Counted from the first letter of the stretch, positions 46,051-63,848 are shown. The stretch is 64,000 bases of DNA from the human T2T-CHM13v2.0 reference genome, Homo sapiens (GCF_009914755.1 NC_060930.1); one strand, 5' to 3'. Numbers and translations are program-made. Notes: a model not told the origin generated them from the letters alone.

Positions 46051-46633
46051 CCTAGGGTCTGTAACAATTTCCAGGCTGAAAGGTGATAACTCCTTCTCCT
46101 TCCATAACATACCTTCCCCCCGCCCCCACTTCCTTTACTATCCTAACTTTGGGAGGAATATTGATTCTTGATCAAAGTAAATGCACTGTCTTACCTTTGG
46201 TATCGGCACAGGCTGAGGTGGTTTTTTCCCCCCTTAACTATTATGATAAGTGTACAAGGTTTTCAGGGTGACTGCGGTGCTACAACTTTATAACAACTTA
46301 AAGCAAAAGCTCTTAGGCGCTGGGGAAAAAAGCTGGACCCCACTCTGAAATCTCGATTCAGAAATCTGGTGTGTGTGCGTGTGCGTGCCTGCATGCGTGT
46401 GTGTGTTCAGGCTTGAGTAGATTTAAAAAGCACCTCAGGTGATTGTGATGCCCGCCCGCGCAACATACCCCCAAGTATCTGTAAGGTCCGCAAAGAAGAG
46501 AGAGGGGCCACCCACTGTGGCTAAGCATCAGTTGAAACTATTAGTGTGAATTGAAAATAAAAACAGTGAAAGGGATGAAAGCCAGTTCCCCTCAAGTTGA
46601 TTAATGTGATTGGTGCGGTATCATTGGATCTGA

Positions 46634-46978
<345 letters not shown>

Positions 46979-48944
46979 TAACATTCATTTGAAACTCTGA
47001 TATAACATTGGGGGAAATGCATACTTCTAGGAGACCTGGTTAAACAGCTTTTAAATATCAATTTTTAAAATATAAGAATTCCTTCACAAGTACCCTGACA
47101 ATTAGAAGGGGCTGAGGCCCATTCTCCAGAGAATCAGAAAATCTTCCTTCACTGCTCCCTTGACTTTTTGTCGATGATGGAATGCAGCCCATTGACATTT
47201 TTACATTTTTCTTACTTTAAGGCTAAAGACTCAAATGGACTATTATCTCTAGGAACTAGAAGGAACAGTGATCATATTAATTAATTTAGATTCTGTTTTC
47301 ACTCCTAATTATTTGAACCAAGTTCTTCTATCCTGAATTGATTAAGAGAGTCTGTAAATTATATCATATTTACAGAAATACTAAATGTTTCTCCATCTTG
47401 AACTTTGTCATCGATGCATGTCTGCTACTTTTCATATATTCATATATGTACCTGAACCATTATAAGTACTTATCCAACTATCAGAAGGTAACTACCAGGG
47501 AAAATAAAGATTTTTATTTTCTGTCTTTTGAAAAATTGAGGTGAAGGACCAATTTTTTAAAGTACCCTTAAGTAGTTATAACATTAAAGCTTACATTTCT
47601 TTTTATGAAACCAGATGCCTGTTATGAAATAGGGATGATATTCCATACCCGCTTTCAAGGATATTAAGGACAAGCAGGAGGCTGTCTGTAAAGCATTTTG
47701 AACTTTTAAGAAAAGAATCACTGTCTAGAGATTGAGCCAATGTGATTGTTTTCCTGGCAAACTTTTTCTCCTTTCTAAAATTAACTTTCCCCCAGGAAAA
47801 ATAGTGCAGATGCGCATGATTCGGTCAACCAAGTCCAGAAAATACTGTCTGAATTTTAAAAGTGACCTTAATTCATCCCTATAGATCTAATGTTTGCAAC
47901 CTATGCCACAAAATATGCAGAAATATTCATTGCTTGCTGACCTTTGCAAAGTGTTAGCTTAGTAAGGGTAGTCATGGACAGAGCACAATATAAAATTTAT
48001 TGGTTTAGGCAAAACTATTAACATTATTTTCCTAAGGTTTTTGTGGACGTGTGTACACTGGTTCTGGGACTTCTATAAATATGTATATGTTGCATATGTT
48101 TTTAATAGGAACAAAAACCCACAATAATTTTTTATTTGTGGCAGAACACTGTAAGCATTAGGTTTTGATTACTTTTTGATGGAAATTTTAAAATGACAGA
48201 ACTGAGAGCTTCAAGGAAATAATTTCATAAAGATCTATTTGGAACGAGAAGACCTTTTTTTAAAAAAAGATGTTTGAAGCCCAAAGTCTGTATGCTTAGC
48301 CTCCATAGAACGGTCCTTTGTGAGTGAGTAAGGGTGGTAGATCCAGTTTTGGCAACCTCAGACGATGGATGATTAGACTCTGCCACTCTTCTCCAGACCT
48401 TTAATTTGGTCTGTAACTTGATGCTTCACTGACCCTACGCTATCCCTGCCACGCTAACTCACAGAGGAATTGTTGGCACTCTGAATTGAATTTTTTTCCC
48501 CTCCCATCAGTTAGAACATGTTTGCATAGGTTGCAGAATGCAGTTACATTTTTAGCTCAGTATTCTAAGAAATAACTTTGGCCACGGAGAGCATAGCCTT
48601 AGTGCAGCCTACACTACAAATTGCCTTATTTCATTGAGCTATGATAACTTACCAATGATTCAGCTATGTAGAAGTAATAGCGTTATAGAGTATTAAAATT
48701 AGAAGGCACTTTAAAAGTCATCTAGATTTTAATCATTTCTTTCTACAGATGAATACCGAAGTGCTCATAAGTATAATCCAAACTGAGAATAGACATTGAA
48801 TTTTATATTCTTTCCAATTCTTGTAGTAATGAGAATTTTGTTCATTTGAAATGAATTTATATATGAATTTAATAATGTAGCAGTGACAGCAAAGTGGTTG
48901 CAAATCTCAGCTAGATATTCAACAAAACTCAGAGTGTGGCATTA

Positions 48945-49095
48945 GGCTGGGAGCAGTGGCTCACAACTGTAATCCCAGCACTTCGGGAGGCTGAGGCGGG
49001 AGAATTGCTTGAGCCTGGGAGTTGGAGACAGCTTGGGAAAGATGGCAAGACCTGTGTCTACAATTAATTTTTTTTAAAATAAAAATTTAAAAAAA
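48945..49095 (+). mobile_element. FLAM
   Basis: Left monomer. Confidence 0.85.
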
Positions 49096-49397
49096 GCATG
49101 GCATTAAAGGCAATGTAGGTCATTTACAAAGGCAGTGAACTACTCTATAGCAGCATCCTAGGTTTTTCATTATATTGAATGGAACTACTTCAACTGACTG
49201 ACACAAGAAAAGAGTAGTACACTAAGAGAGCTGAGTGTAGAGAGAGGAAGGAGTAAGGTCATGGGTGTGTGAAGAGCATGACTTAATAAATCAGCCAATC
49301 ATTCAGGAATGGTTAGCTTTCACACCCTATCCCGGAGATTTTCATATGAACTAATGGAAACTATCACTGGAGGTTCTAGCTCTCAAAATTCTATTTC

Positions 49398-49762
49398 CTT
49401 TTCTTTTTTTTTTTTTTTTTTTTTTTCCTGAGACAGGGTCTCGCTCTGTCACCCAGGCTGGAGTGCAGTGACGCCATCTAGGTTCACTGCAGCCTTGACC
49501 TCCTGGGCTCAAGCAATCCTTCTACTTCAGCCTCCTGAGTAGCTGGTACCACAAGTGTGCACCACCATGCCTGGCTATTTTTTTTTTTTTTTTTTGTAGA
49601 GACTGAGTTTTGCCATTTTGGCCGGGAGCAAACATATTCAGCCAGCCAAGTCCACACTGGTCCAGGCTCCCAGGCTGGTCTCAAAGCCCTGAGCTCAAGC
49701 AATTCACCTGCCTTGGCCTCCCAAAGTGCTGGGATGATAGGTGTGAGCCACTGTGTCCAGCC
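49398..49762 (-). mobile_element. AluJ carrying a non-Alu insert of about 48 nt
   Basis: Dimer interrupted at about 49621-49668. Confidence 0.9.
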
Positions 49763-49811
49763 TCAAAATCTTATTAATTAAAGCTTCTCCTGGCAGTAGT
49801 AGTACTAGTTT

Positions 49812-49908
49812 TTTGTTGTTGTTGTTCTTCTTCTTTTCTTCTTCTTTCTCCTTCTTCTTCGTTCTTCTTCTTCCTACTTTTCTTCATCTTCCTTGTCTTC
49901 GTCCTCTC

Positions 49909-49945
<37 letters not shown>

Positions 49946-49985
49946 CTCCTTCCTCCTTTCTTCTTCTTCTTTCTTCTTCTTTTTA
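49812..49985. repeat. Compound (TTG)/(TTC)/(TCC)n polypyrimidine tract, the tail of a minus-strand Alu monomer (49980-50137)
   Basis: About 170 nt nearly pure pyrimidine on +. Confidence 0.9.
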
Positions 49986-50516
49986 TTTAAGAGACAGTGT
50001 CTTGCTCTGTTACCCAGACTGGAGTGCAGTGGCACAATCATAGTTCACTGCAGCCTCGAACTCCTGGGCTCAGGCATTCCTCCGGCCTTGGCCTCCTGAA
50101 GTGCTGGGATTACAGGCACAACCCACCACACCTGGCCTGGAAGTCCTACTTCTTGATGCTTTTGTCTTTCAAGATCATCTGTCTTGAAGATCTACTCTCA
50201 CTAGTTGTAAAATAATTTGTCCTCATATATAGGCACTGAAAGGATTGAATTCAATCTTGAGAGAACATTTAGAGAGATATTCTTGCTAGTACCACAATTT
50301 ACTACCATTTATTGAGGTACTTTACCTACATTAAGAAAATATCTTTACGGACCTAAGAAGTAGCCATTATTATTCCCTTTATACAGATCTGTGATTCAGA
50401 GAAGGGAGCATCTTGATCAAGGTTGCATACCCTTCTAACATTCCACATTGCTTCCCTAATAGATACAAGCTGTGGAGTGAGTCTATAGATGATTATATAC
50501 TCATTTTAAGATATCT

Positions 50517-50811
50517 GGCCAGGCGTGGTGGCTCACGCCTATAATCCCAGCACTTTGGGAGGTCAAGGTGGGTGGATCACGAGATCTCCTGATCATCCTG
50601 GCTAACATGGTGAAACCCAGTCTCTACTAAAAATACAAAAATTAGTCGGGTGTGGTGGCACGTGCCTGTAGTCCCCGCTACTCAGGAGGCTGAGGCAGGA
50701 GAATCGCTTGAACCTGGGAGGCTGAGGTTGCCGGGAGCCAAGATCGTACCACTGCACTCCAGCCTGGGCAACAAAGCAAGACTCCTTCTAAAAAAAAAAA
50801 AAAAAAAAAAA
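50517..50811 (+). mobile_element. AluS with micro-inversion
   Basis: Dimer; TSD AAGATATCT. Confidence 0.93.
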
Positions 50812-51400
50812 GATATCTGAGCTATTTCCTAATTCTGAAAAGACTTTGCAACTAGGGCAGAGATCTTGGTCTGTTATGTTTGGTGATATATCCCAAATGC
50901 CTAGAAAAGCACTTGACACATTTAGGAAATACTTGTGGAATAGAAATGTTTAGTTTGGTGTGATCCTTCCAGATGTTTTACTATGAATTTACATGCATAT
51001 ACACAAGCCTAGAAAATAATAGCAAAAAGGTGTGTTTTTATATCTCATACATGAACTTCAAGATAATTCAGGTGTTACCTCAAAATTTCCCTCAATCACA
51101 GCACTTAGTGCACTGTATTGTCATTGTCTAATTATTTGTCAGTCTCCCTCATTAGACTGTGAGCTCCTTGAGAGTAGGAAGCATGGTTTTTTTTTTTTTC
51201 ATCTCTGTATCCCCAGGGATAGCACATAGTAGGACATAATAAATGTTGAATGGTTAAAAAATAAAAAATGTGTTCCAAAGCAGAATGAATCCTTAATAAT
51301 CAAGATGTCTTTAAACATACATTTAAAAAAATAATTTCATAAACTTTTGGTGATTTACAAGACATCTATAATATGATAAATTTGCACACTCTCCATTGCA

Positions 51401-51756
<356 letters not shown>

Positions 51757-51784
51757 TAGTGTCATCATCCTGCCAGAGCAGTTA

Positions 51785-51866
51785 TAAATTAAAATGTGTA
51801 CTACTTTATTAGAATTTACTTTATGTAAATTAAAATGTATACTACTTTATTAGAATTTACTTTATG
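51785..51866. repeat. 41-bp tandem duplication (2 copies, 1 mismatch)
   Basis: TAAATTAAAATGTrTACTACTTTATTAGAATTTACTTTATG x2. Confidence 0.95.
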
Positions 51867-52063
51867 TCTCCTTTATGTTATAATCAGGAGGTTGAATTGT
51901 TTTGTTTTTAAAGTATGTATGTATTTGGCTATATTTTCTATTTCACTTCAAGATATAAAAGGGGTAGCTCACAAAATATTTGTTTTAAAAATGAACATTA
52001 GTCTGGTAGGGTTCAAGAGTCATTGTTCTATACAAAATATTTATTAATCTGAGACAAATCTAA

Positions 52064-52430
<367 letters not shown>

Positions 52431-52891
52431 AGAATTTATACATTTTAATCTGCTTCTTTTGGCCTTTGTTATTTATTATGCTTTGTTATTTATTATGGCC
52501 TATGTTATTTCTTACATGAAGAGGTGAACAATTGCCTCATTACAATGGAATCTTAACACTTCTACCCTAGGAGAAAGCCTTGCATCTGGAGAGGGCTCTC
52601 TTTCTCTTTCACTACCATTCTTCCAATGCATTTGTTTCCATATCCCGAAAGGCAAAGGCTATTCTCTGAATTAGGAGGTTCATAGAAAACCTTTGTAAAC
52701 ACTTTGAAAGGCTCTACTTTGGGCCTAGTACAGAAAGCAACTGGCCCTCAGCCATTCTCTTGGCAGGGGTCAGCTTCCTGGTCTGCAGCTTGGGAACGTT
52801 GACAGAATGTGTGCCCCTTCCCACCTTTGTCCCCTTTTTTGGAGAGTGCGTAATTAATGCCTCATGAAATCTTGCTTTAAATTTTCAAGCT

Positions 52892-53005
52892 AGCCAGGTA
52901 TGGTGGCTCACACCTGTAATCCCGCCACTTAGGGAGGCAGAGGCGGGAGGATCGCTTGAGGCATGGAGTTTGAGACCAGCCTGGGCAACATAGCAAGACC
53001 TTGCT

Positions 53006-53055
<50 letters not shown>
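52892..53055 (+). mobile_element. FLAM with (CA)n tail microsatellite (53009-53055)
   Basis: Left monomer followed by about 23 CA units. Confidence 0.9.
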
Positions 53056-53059
<4 letters not shown>

Positions 53060-53146
53060 AAAAAGTCAAGCAACTGCTTTTAACAATACTTTCCCCCATA
53101 ATATTTAATTAGTCATGATTTTTTTTCTTCTAAAGTCATACTCTCA

Positions 53147-53441
<295 letters not shown>

Positions 53442-53582
53442 GTCATATTCTCCATTAGCATACTTTATCATCATTTAAATATTTTCTGGGAAACCATGTG
53501 AGCAGAAAGAGGTAGGAGTATTTGGAGAGTATTACATTTAAAATTGTTTTTATATCAATTTAAATTTATAAATAGGCTTATG

Positions 53583-54218
<636 letters not shown>

Positions 54219-54674
54219 AGGCTTATGAAAAAGGTTAAGGAGCATTTCAGGCAATTGCCTTATTTTACATTTTTGGTTGGGAAAATACAGAGGACTTTAA
54301 AGATGAATATCAAAACTACCTCCAAATCTACCATCCAGAGATAACCACATTTAACAATTTGGTATGACTTTCATAGTTATTTACTACAATAATGTGTGTG
54401 AGTATATATGTGTACTAATTTTGTTGTTACAGAATTGACACTTTTTTCTATGCATTTTGCTTTTTGACCTACTTTAAAAGAATTTAACAATATATCATAA
54501 GAATTGCCCATGCTATTGAGAGTGTTTCTTTTGTTATCTGGATAATACTATTATGTTTGCTCACTTTCCCTGTGATAGTTTGGAAGGTAGTTCTCATATT
54601 TTAAATATCCACTACTGCTGCCTTTCGGGTTTTTGTTTGTGTGTATGTATATATGTATATGCTAATGTTTTTGT

Positions 54675-54681
54675 TTGTGTG

Positions 54682-54729
<48 letters not shown>

Positions 54730-54740
54730 TGTATATGCAT
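54675..54740. repeat. (TG)n(TA)n microsatellite
   Basis: Direct read. Confidence 0.9.
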
Positions 54741-54959
54741 GTTTTCCCTAATCAATGCCAGGAGAAAACGGTATTTATTAACTTTATTTCTGCAAGATGG
54801 GAAAGTTGGCACATTTACTACCTCTCTCTCCAACTCCCACGTTTCCTAGTTTTTTGTTGATACAATCTAGGATTATTTAAATCAATTATTATCATTATTA
54901 ATAAATGCTGAAGTCATATATTTTCTTTTTGTATTAGGTTATTTCTTGCTTCTGGCTTT

Positions 54960-55258
54960 ATTATTTAAAAACTGTAAAATCGACAAATAATTGTACATAT
55001 TCATGCAGTACATAGTGACGTTGTGATACATATAATGTATAGTGATCAGATCACAGTAATTAGCATATCCATCATCTCAAACATTTATCATTTCTTCATG
55101 TCGGGAACATTCAGTATCTTCCTTCTAGCTATTTGAAACTATATACATTCAATATCTTCCTTCTAGCTGTTTGAAACTATGTATTATTATTAACTAGAGT
55201 CATCCTACAGTGGTATAGAACACTAGAACTTAGTCCTCTTTCCTAGCTGTAATTTTGT
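54960..55258 (-). mobile_element. L1MA-type 3' end with a 38-bp internal duplication (55107-55182)
   Basis: catatccatcatctcaaacatttatcatttctt L1MA motif. Confidence 0.8.
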
Positions 55259-56247
55259 TCTGGTGAGCCCAGATCGCACCAGTGCACTCCAACCTGGGTG
55301 ATAGAGTAAGACTCTGTTCCAAAAAAAAAAGAAATGCATTCTGATTTGCTTTACCACTTCAGGGAGAAGGGAGAGAGCAAGACACAGACGATATTAGAGA
55401 AGGGAATTTGGACTTTACAAAATTTTCTTTGCTATAAAATGTCTGAATTTCATTAACATATAAGCCTTTTGTTTCAGTCTGCAAATGTTTATACATTATC
55501 TTATTTTATCCTTAAAACAATTGCTTTAGAGTCAAATAATCATAACCTCTGAATTCAGAAGGTTGTGGACTGAATACTTCCCTAATGATGGAACTTCTTG
55601 CGGATTACTTAAGTTTTCTTAACCTCATTTCCTTCGCCTGGAAACCAGCGTTTGAACTCTGGGAAAAGGTAACATCTACCTCATAGAGTTGTAAATATTG
55701 TGGGAGATAATTATATAGGAATTGTCAGAACCCAGACTGATGATAATAGCCATGCCCTGAGTTAGCCCAGGAGTGTGAAGCGGAGAGACCTTCAACAATG
55801 GAACCCTGAGGACATAGAGGAGAAGTCAACAGGAGGCTGAGAAGGAGTAGCCAGAGGGTAGGAGGAAGACTAGAAGAGAGTGAAGTCGGGGAGTTAAAGG
55901 GACTATAGACATTTAAGATGAAAAGAATAGTCATTAGTGTCATGTATTATGACAAAGAAATTTCCGGTAGCTTTGGCAATTAGGAACTTAGTGTGAGCTC
56001 AGCCACAGGCAGTTTCAGTAGAGATATGCAGGTAGAAGGAAGACTGTAGTTGGATTGATTAATGAGGTTAAGGAAGCAAGGAAAGTGTAAACAGCCAATA
56101 AAAAAAAAAAAAATGTTTCTCCCTTAGGAGAAAGGGAAAGCATAGAGAAAGGAGAGAGGTGGGTCAGTAGCTAGACAGATACTTAAGATTGGGAAACTGG
56201 ATTTAGATTTGAAGGAATAGCAAAATTTTTTAAAAATTTAAGGACTA

Positions 56248-56559
<312 letters not shown>

Positions 56560-56614
56560 CTAAAAGTTTGCCATATTTAAATTTTTTCAAGTAAGGATAT
56601 TAAAAATACTACTA

Positions 56615-56929
<315 letters not shown>

Positions 56930-57187
56930 TTACTACCTAATATTATTTCAGAAAAGACAGAAAATACTAACATTTAAAAATTGAATAACCTAACTTTGTG
57001 AGAAAGTTAGTATCTCAGTGAAGATTTTCTTTTCCTGCTTAAGAGTGTCTTTTCCCCGCTGGTTGAAGGTTCCATCTCTCCTTGTTTAGGGATTTGGCTT
57101 AATCAGTTTTCTTCTCTCAAATACTTTCAACGTCTTCTTCTCTATTGACTCTTTTCCATTAGCAAATAAGCATAGTCTACTCACCTA

Positions 57188-57658
<471 letters not shown>

Positions 57659-58774
57659 CTAGAGACCTGGTTTGGGTTTATGGTACACGGTGCAGTCATA
57701 GAAAAGGAGGAGCAGGGCTGGGAGAATGAAAACCTGTAACTTCAGTCCAATGTGCCTTAGGGTGTGTAGGTCAGGAACTCTGACTCTGCCTTTGAATCCT
57801 GCTCCTGTATCCTCCTAACTAAGCTTCCATTCTACCTCAACACCCATTGTCATGACTCCTTTTCATAGTTGGCCCTTAAGCCTTCATTTCTGGGGTTATT
57901 TAACTATTGGGAGTTCAAACCCTGCTTCCTAGAGTTTGTGAGCCAACAGAATGTGTTTGTTTGTTTGTTTTTGTTTTCATTTTTGTTTTCTGAAAACAAA
58001 TGAAAATGAACTAGTTGATAGAAATATGAGTACACATGTAAATAGAGGATGTTAAAATGGAACTGTTTTAGTTTCCGTGTTAGCTGTGGCCTAAGACAAT
58101 AGAAGCCGCCTTCCAAAGTCAGGTAAGAATACAAAGCAGGTGGAAAAGGAAGCACAGGAGAACAGGTCAGCATTGTCCTCCAACCAGGTTAGCTCACTGA
58201 CCACATCCAGCCAATGAAACAGGTAGGAGAGGCCAAGAAGATAAAGATTAGAAGATGATTTTTAGAGAGTTGATGATGGGCTTGAGTCCCTCCCTCCTGG
58301 CCACCATGGGAGAGGGGTGTAAGGTCCTTGCCCCTTCAACCTACATCTAGAGATAGGAGTTTTATGCAGACCATTTGGAGTACTTAATGTGCATCCCCCC
58401 ACAGATTGAAAGGCATAGTGGACCAGTATGCATGCCTGAGAAATCTAAAGAACAAGAGACCTGCTGGCTGGCTCCTCTGATGGTGGAGCAAAAGAGATGT
58501 AGCACATTGTCTTATAGTTTGATAGAGCACAGAGTTGTTTCCCAGAGACCAAAGGTAGACCACACAGGTCACTGACGGGGCCTGGGGTCATCTCAAATCA
58601 TGTGTAAGCATGCCTTTTGGACCCCAGCAAGAAACAGCCATAAGTAACCATCTGCAGAAAGCAATCTGCAGGTGAAATATCTCCAGTGATGAGAGTGGGC
58701 TGGGAGCGTCTCTACTTCCCAACTTCCCATCTCCACCACTACCATCCCACCTGGGCTCAAGAGAAGAAGTAAGC

Positions 58775-58775
58775 T

Positions 58776-58814
<39 letters not shown>

Positions 58815-59100
58815 TTTTTTGAGATGAGTCTCGCTCTGTCGCCCAGGCTGGAGTGTAGTGGCACAATCTCTGCTCACTGCAACCTCCGCCTGCCGGGTTC
58901 AAGCAATTCTCTGCCTCAGCCTCCTGAGTGGCTGGGATTACAGGCGCCCACCACCACGCCCGGCTAATTTTTTTGTATTTTTAGTAGAGACAGGGTTTCA
59001 CCATCTTGGCCAGGCTGGTCTTGAACTCCTGACCTTGTGATCCACCCGCCTCGGCCTCCCAAAGTGCTGGGATTACAGGCGTGAGCCACCGCGCCCAGCC
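58775..59100 (-). mobile_element. AluS with (TTTA)n tail
   Basis: TSD GAAGTAAGCTTTA. Confidence 0.95.
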
Positions 59101-59502
59101 CGAAGTAAGCTTTAAATGCCCACCAAGCCTGTAGATCACCAGCCTTAGGTCATTGCAATTGTCTTAATCAAGGAAGAACTTTCCTTCTGCCTCTTCCTCT
59201 CCCTACCGCTTCCCCAGAATGAGGGATTAGTATCAGAAACTGGGGTTGCCTAAATTAGCAATCTAGCTAAGGAGAATACAATCTTCCCATGTCTACCTTC
59301 CCCAGTACAAGTGGCTGGCGTTCGTTCATTCAGCAGGCCACAGCTGAAGGAGGAGGAGAGGTTTAACTTCACATCAAGTTGGAAGAGTTGGAGTGCTATA
59401 TTAGATTGGACACATCGATTACAAAACTGTGACTGATTTTCTGGACTTGGGGTGACTTGAAGTGTTTTCATCATTTAAGAATAATTAGAAAAGTCATGGC
59501 AA

Positions 59503-59655
59503 GCTGGCTGCAGTGGCTCACGCCTGTAATCCCAGCACTTCGGGAGGCCCAGGTGGGTGGACTACTTCAGCCTTTAACTCCTGGGCTCAGGGAATCTGCC
59601 CACCTCAGCTTCCCAAAGGGTTGGGATTACAGACGTGAGCCACTGCACCCTGCCC
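59503..59655. repeat. Fold-back of two inverted Alu 5' fragments
   Basis: 59510-59572 pairs imperfectly with 59583-59646. Confidence 0.85.
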
Positions 59656-60117
<462 letters not shown>

Positions 60118-60331
60118 AAGAGACAGTGGAGAAAACAGACCCCTTCGGTATAATAGTCATGTAAAACCATCTATAGATTTTCAGTGATATATGATTAGCA
60201 AAAGGATAGAAGAGAAGGGCAGAGATGGCTATTTTATGAATTAAACGTATTCACAGAAATGTCACAATAACTTTTTATTTCTTAAAATGATGCTAGGAGC
60301 ATTTAAATCAGTTTACGTATATATTAGGTAA

Positions 60332-61341
<1,010 letters not shown>

Positions 61342-62044
61342 TGAGATATTGCCTGGGTGTAATAAGCACATAAGACATTCTTCTCCTTCTGTTCCAGAGA
61401 ATCACAGAAGCAATAAACAGCTAAGATTTATTGTTCACCATTTGTATTCTGCTACTGATCAATTAAAACAAAACAAAACAAATGTGTGTGTTCCTGTAAA
61501 ACAATAAAGATGATGCCCATTAGCCAATAAAATGTAGAATAAACAAGAATGCTAATGGCTTTCTCTTTTCAGCTTTTAGGAATTTTAAAAGGGCTTTAAA
61601 TTAGCTTTTAGATTATCTTCCCAGAATTTGCAACATTATTACTCAATCGAAGTCTTTTAATGGCAAAGGAGTGAAAAGGGACAATCTAAATAACATTTCT
61701 ATTAATGTGTTCCTAAAAGTTGAAAAGACAACTTGAAAAACACGTGTGAGTTGCACATAAAATATTTACAATGGTGGGGAACACATGCAATTTATTTCAT
61801 AGAAGTGGAACTTTGGACCCAGAGGTAGGCTATTAGATTGGCCTGGAAAGATGGAAGAAAGATGACGACTGGGCACGAAGGCATGACTCAGCCTTCTGTG
61901 GTTCCAGTGTAAAACCTTCCTGTGCCTGTAGAATTCTAAGGGCAATGCCGTGTTGCCCTGGTGTGCTGCTGAATGCCTGCTATCCTTTAGTATAGTCGTA
62001 AGAGCATGAGTGCTAGAATATGCCTCAGGCATAGTCCATTTTCT

Positions 62045-62373
62045 TTCTCTTTCTTTTTTATTTTTTTGTTTGAGACGGAGTCTCGCTCTGTCACCCAGGC
62101 TGGAGTGCAGTGGCATGATCTTGGCTTACTGCAAGCTCCGCCTCCCGGGTTCATGCCATTCTCCTACCTCAGCCTCCCGGTAGCTGGGACTACAGGTGCC
62201 TGCCACCACGCCTGGCTAATTTTTTTTTATTTATTTATTTATTTTTTTGTATTTTTAGTAGACACGGGTTTTACAGTGTTAGCCAGGATGGTCTCAATCT
62301 CCTGACCTTGTGATCCGCCCGCCTCGGCCTCTCAAAGTGGTGGGATTACGGGCGTGAGCCACCGCGCGTGGCC
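62045..62373 (-). mobile_element. AluY
   Basis: TSD AGGCATAGTCCATTTTCT (62027-62044 / 62374-62391). Confidence 0.95.
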
Positions 62374-62407
62374 AGGCATAGTCCATTTTCTATTATTGCT
62401 TTTTCCC

Positions 62408-62720
62408 CGTGGTAGGTAAAATGCCAAGGTGTGGCCCAGGATTCCTACCTGCTGGTATCTACGCCCTGTAAAGGAAGGGTCTCCTTGAGTGTGAGTGTGA
62501 CTTGTGAAGATGATGGGTGTGAAGACATGGGATGGCGTGACTCCCATGATTACATTACATCGCATAAGACTCTGTCAAAGCTCACTGGAAAGAAGCTCTC
62601 CCACTGGCTTTGCAGAAGCAAGCCATTTTGTGAGAGCCATGAGACCGGGACTCTAGAGCAGCCACTAAGTCCTGCTCTAGAATTCTGTAGCCATGAAACA
62701 ACTTGTCCTAAGTTGTTTCA
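62408..62720 (+). mobile_element. MLT1-type LTR fragment
   Basis: gtggtagg...ccttgagtgtgagtgtgacttgtga...gactcccatgattacattac motifs. Confidence 0.5.
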
Positions 62721-63551
62721 TGGATACAGAAAATGAATACACCCCCTATTTTCTCTAGTCTACACTCTTAGATTTATTATAAGTGTTACTAGAAATTCTG
62801 TTTTTGTGCTCCTTAACTTCATATATTTCCCATTAAATTTTTCTCCCTCTGTATTGTGCCCTGGGCTTTCTTCAGCTTTATCTTTAATTTCACAAATTCT
62901 CTCTTCAGCTGGCTGTACTGATCAGTCTCTGCTTTGATAATTCAGTGTAACGAACCCCGGCAGTGACTTAATAGCCGATCCCGATTTCTTGCTCACATTG
63001 CACGTCAGTGGCTGCAGGTGGAGAGCAGTGTCTCTGCTCCAAGGTCATGTAAAGTAGACCTTGTGTACCTTCTCACTCTGAGACCCAGGCTGAAGGAAGA
63101 GAGCAGCTCCTCTCTGGGATGTGAGGTTCTCATGGTGGGCAGTAGGGCTGACTGAGCCTTGAAATGCTTCCTAAATCCTCTGCTTACGACTGGCTGCATT
63201 GTCATTTAGGCCATTGGTCAAAACAAGTCAGTGGTCCAGCCCAACATCAATGAGATGCAGAACTAGATTCCTCCCCAGGGGAAGAAGCAAGGAGTATTTT
63301 TGAATAACAATACAATCCGTTATAATGGCCCACTTTAGTTTTTTTTTTTTTCCATTAATTATATTTTTAATAGATCTCTATTGGTTCTTTTTGAATCTCC
63401 TTTTATTTCATAATGTCCTTTTCTTGACTTACGTGTTCTATTCCATCCATTAACTTTTCAAACATTTTAAAACCATTAACATTAACATTCTTAGTGCTTT
63501 ATCCTTTGTACTTTCAATGGAGTCAATTATCTTTTTTGTTTCATCTCTCCT

Positions 63552-63848
63552 GTTTTTTGTTTGTTTGTTTGTTTGAGATGGAGTTTCGCTCATTTTGTCC
63601 AGGCTGGAGTGCAGAGGCGCGATCTCGGCTCACTGCAACATCTGCCTCTCGGTTCAAGCAAATCTCCTGCCTCAGTCTTCCAAGTAGCTAGGATTACAGG
63701 CATGCACCACCATGCCCGGCTAATTTAGTATTTTTAGTAGAGATGGGGTTTCACCATGTTGATCAGGCTGCTCTCAAACTCCTGACTTCAGGTGATCCTT
63801 GATCTCCCAAAATGCTGGGATTACAGGTATGAGCCACCATGACTGGCC
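63552..63848 (-). mobile_element. AluS
   Basis: Dimer. Confidence 0.92.

Noticed and set aside
45286-46067. ORFs of 187-210 aa in the second CpG island
   Set aside because: Same GC artefact, with no recognisable domain
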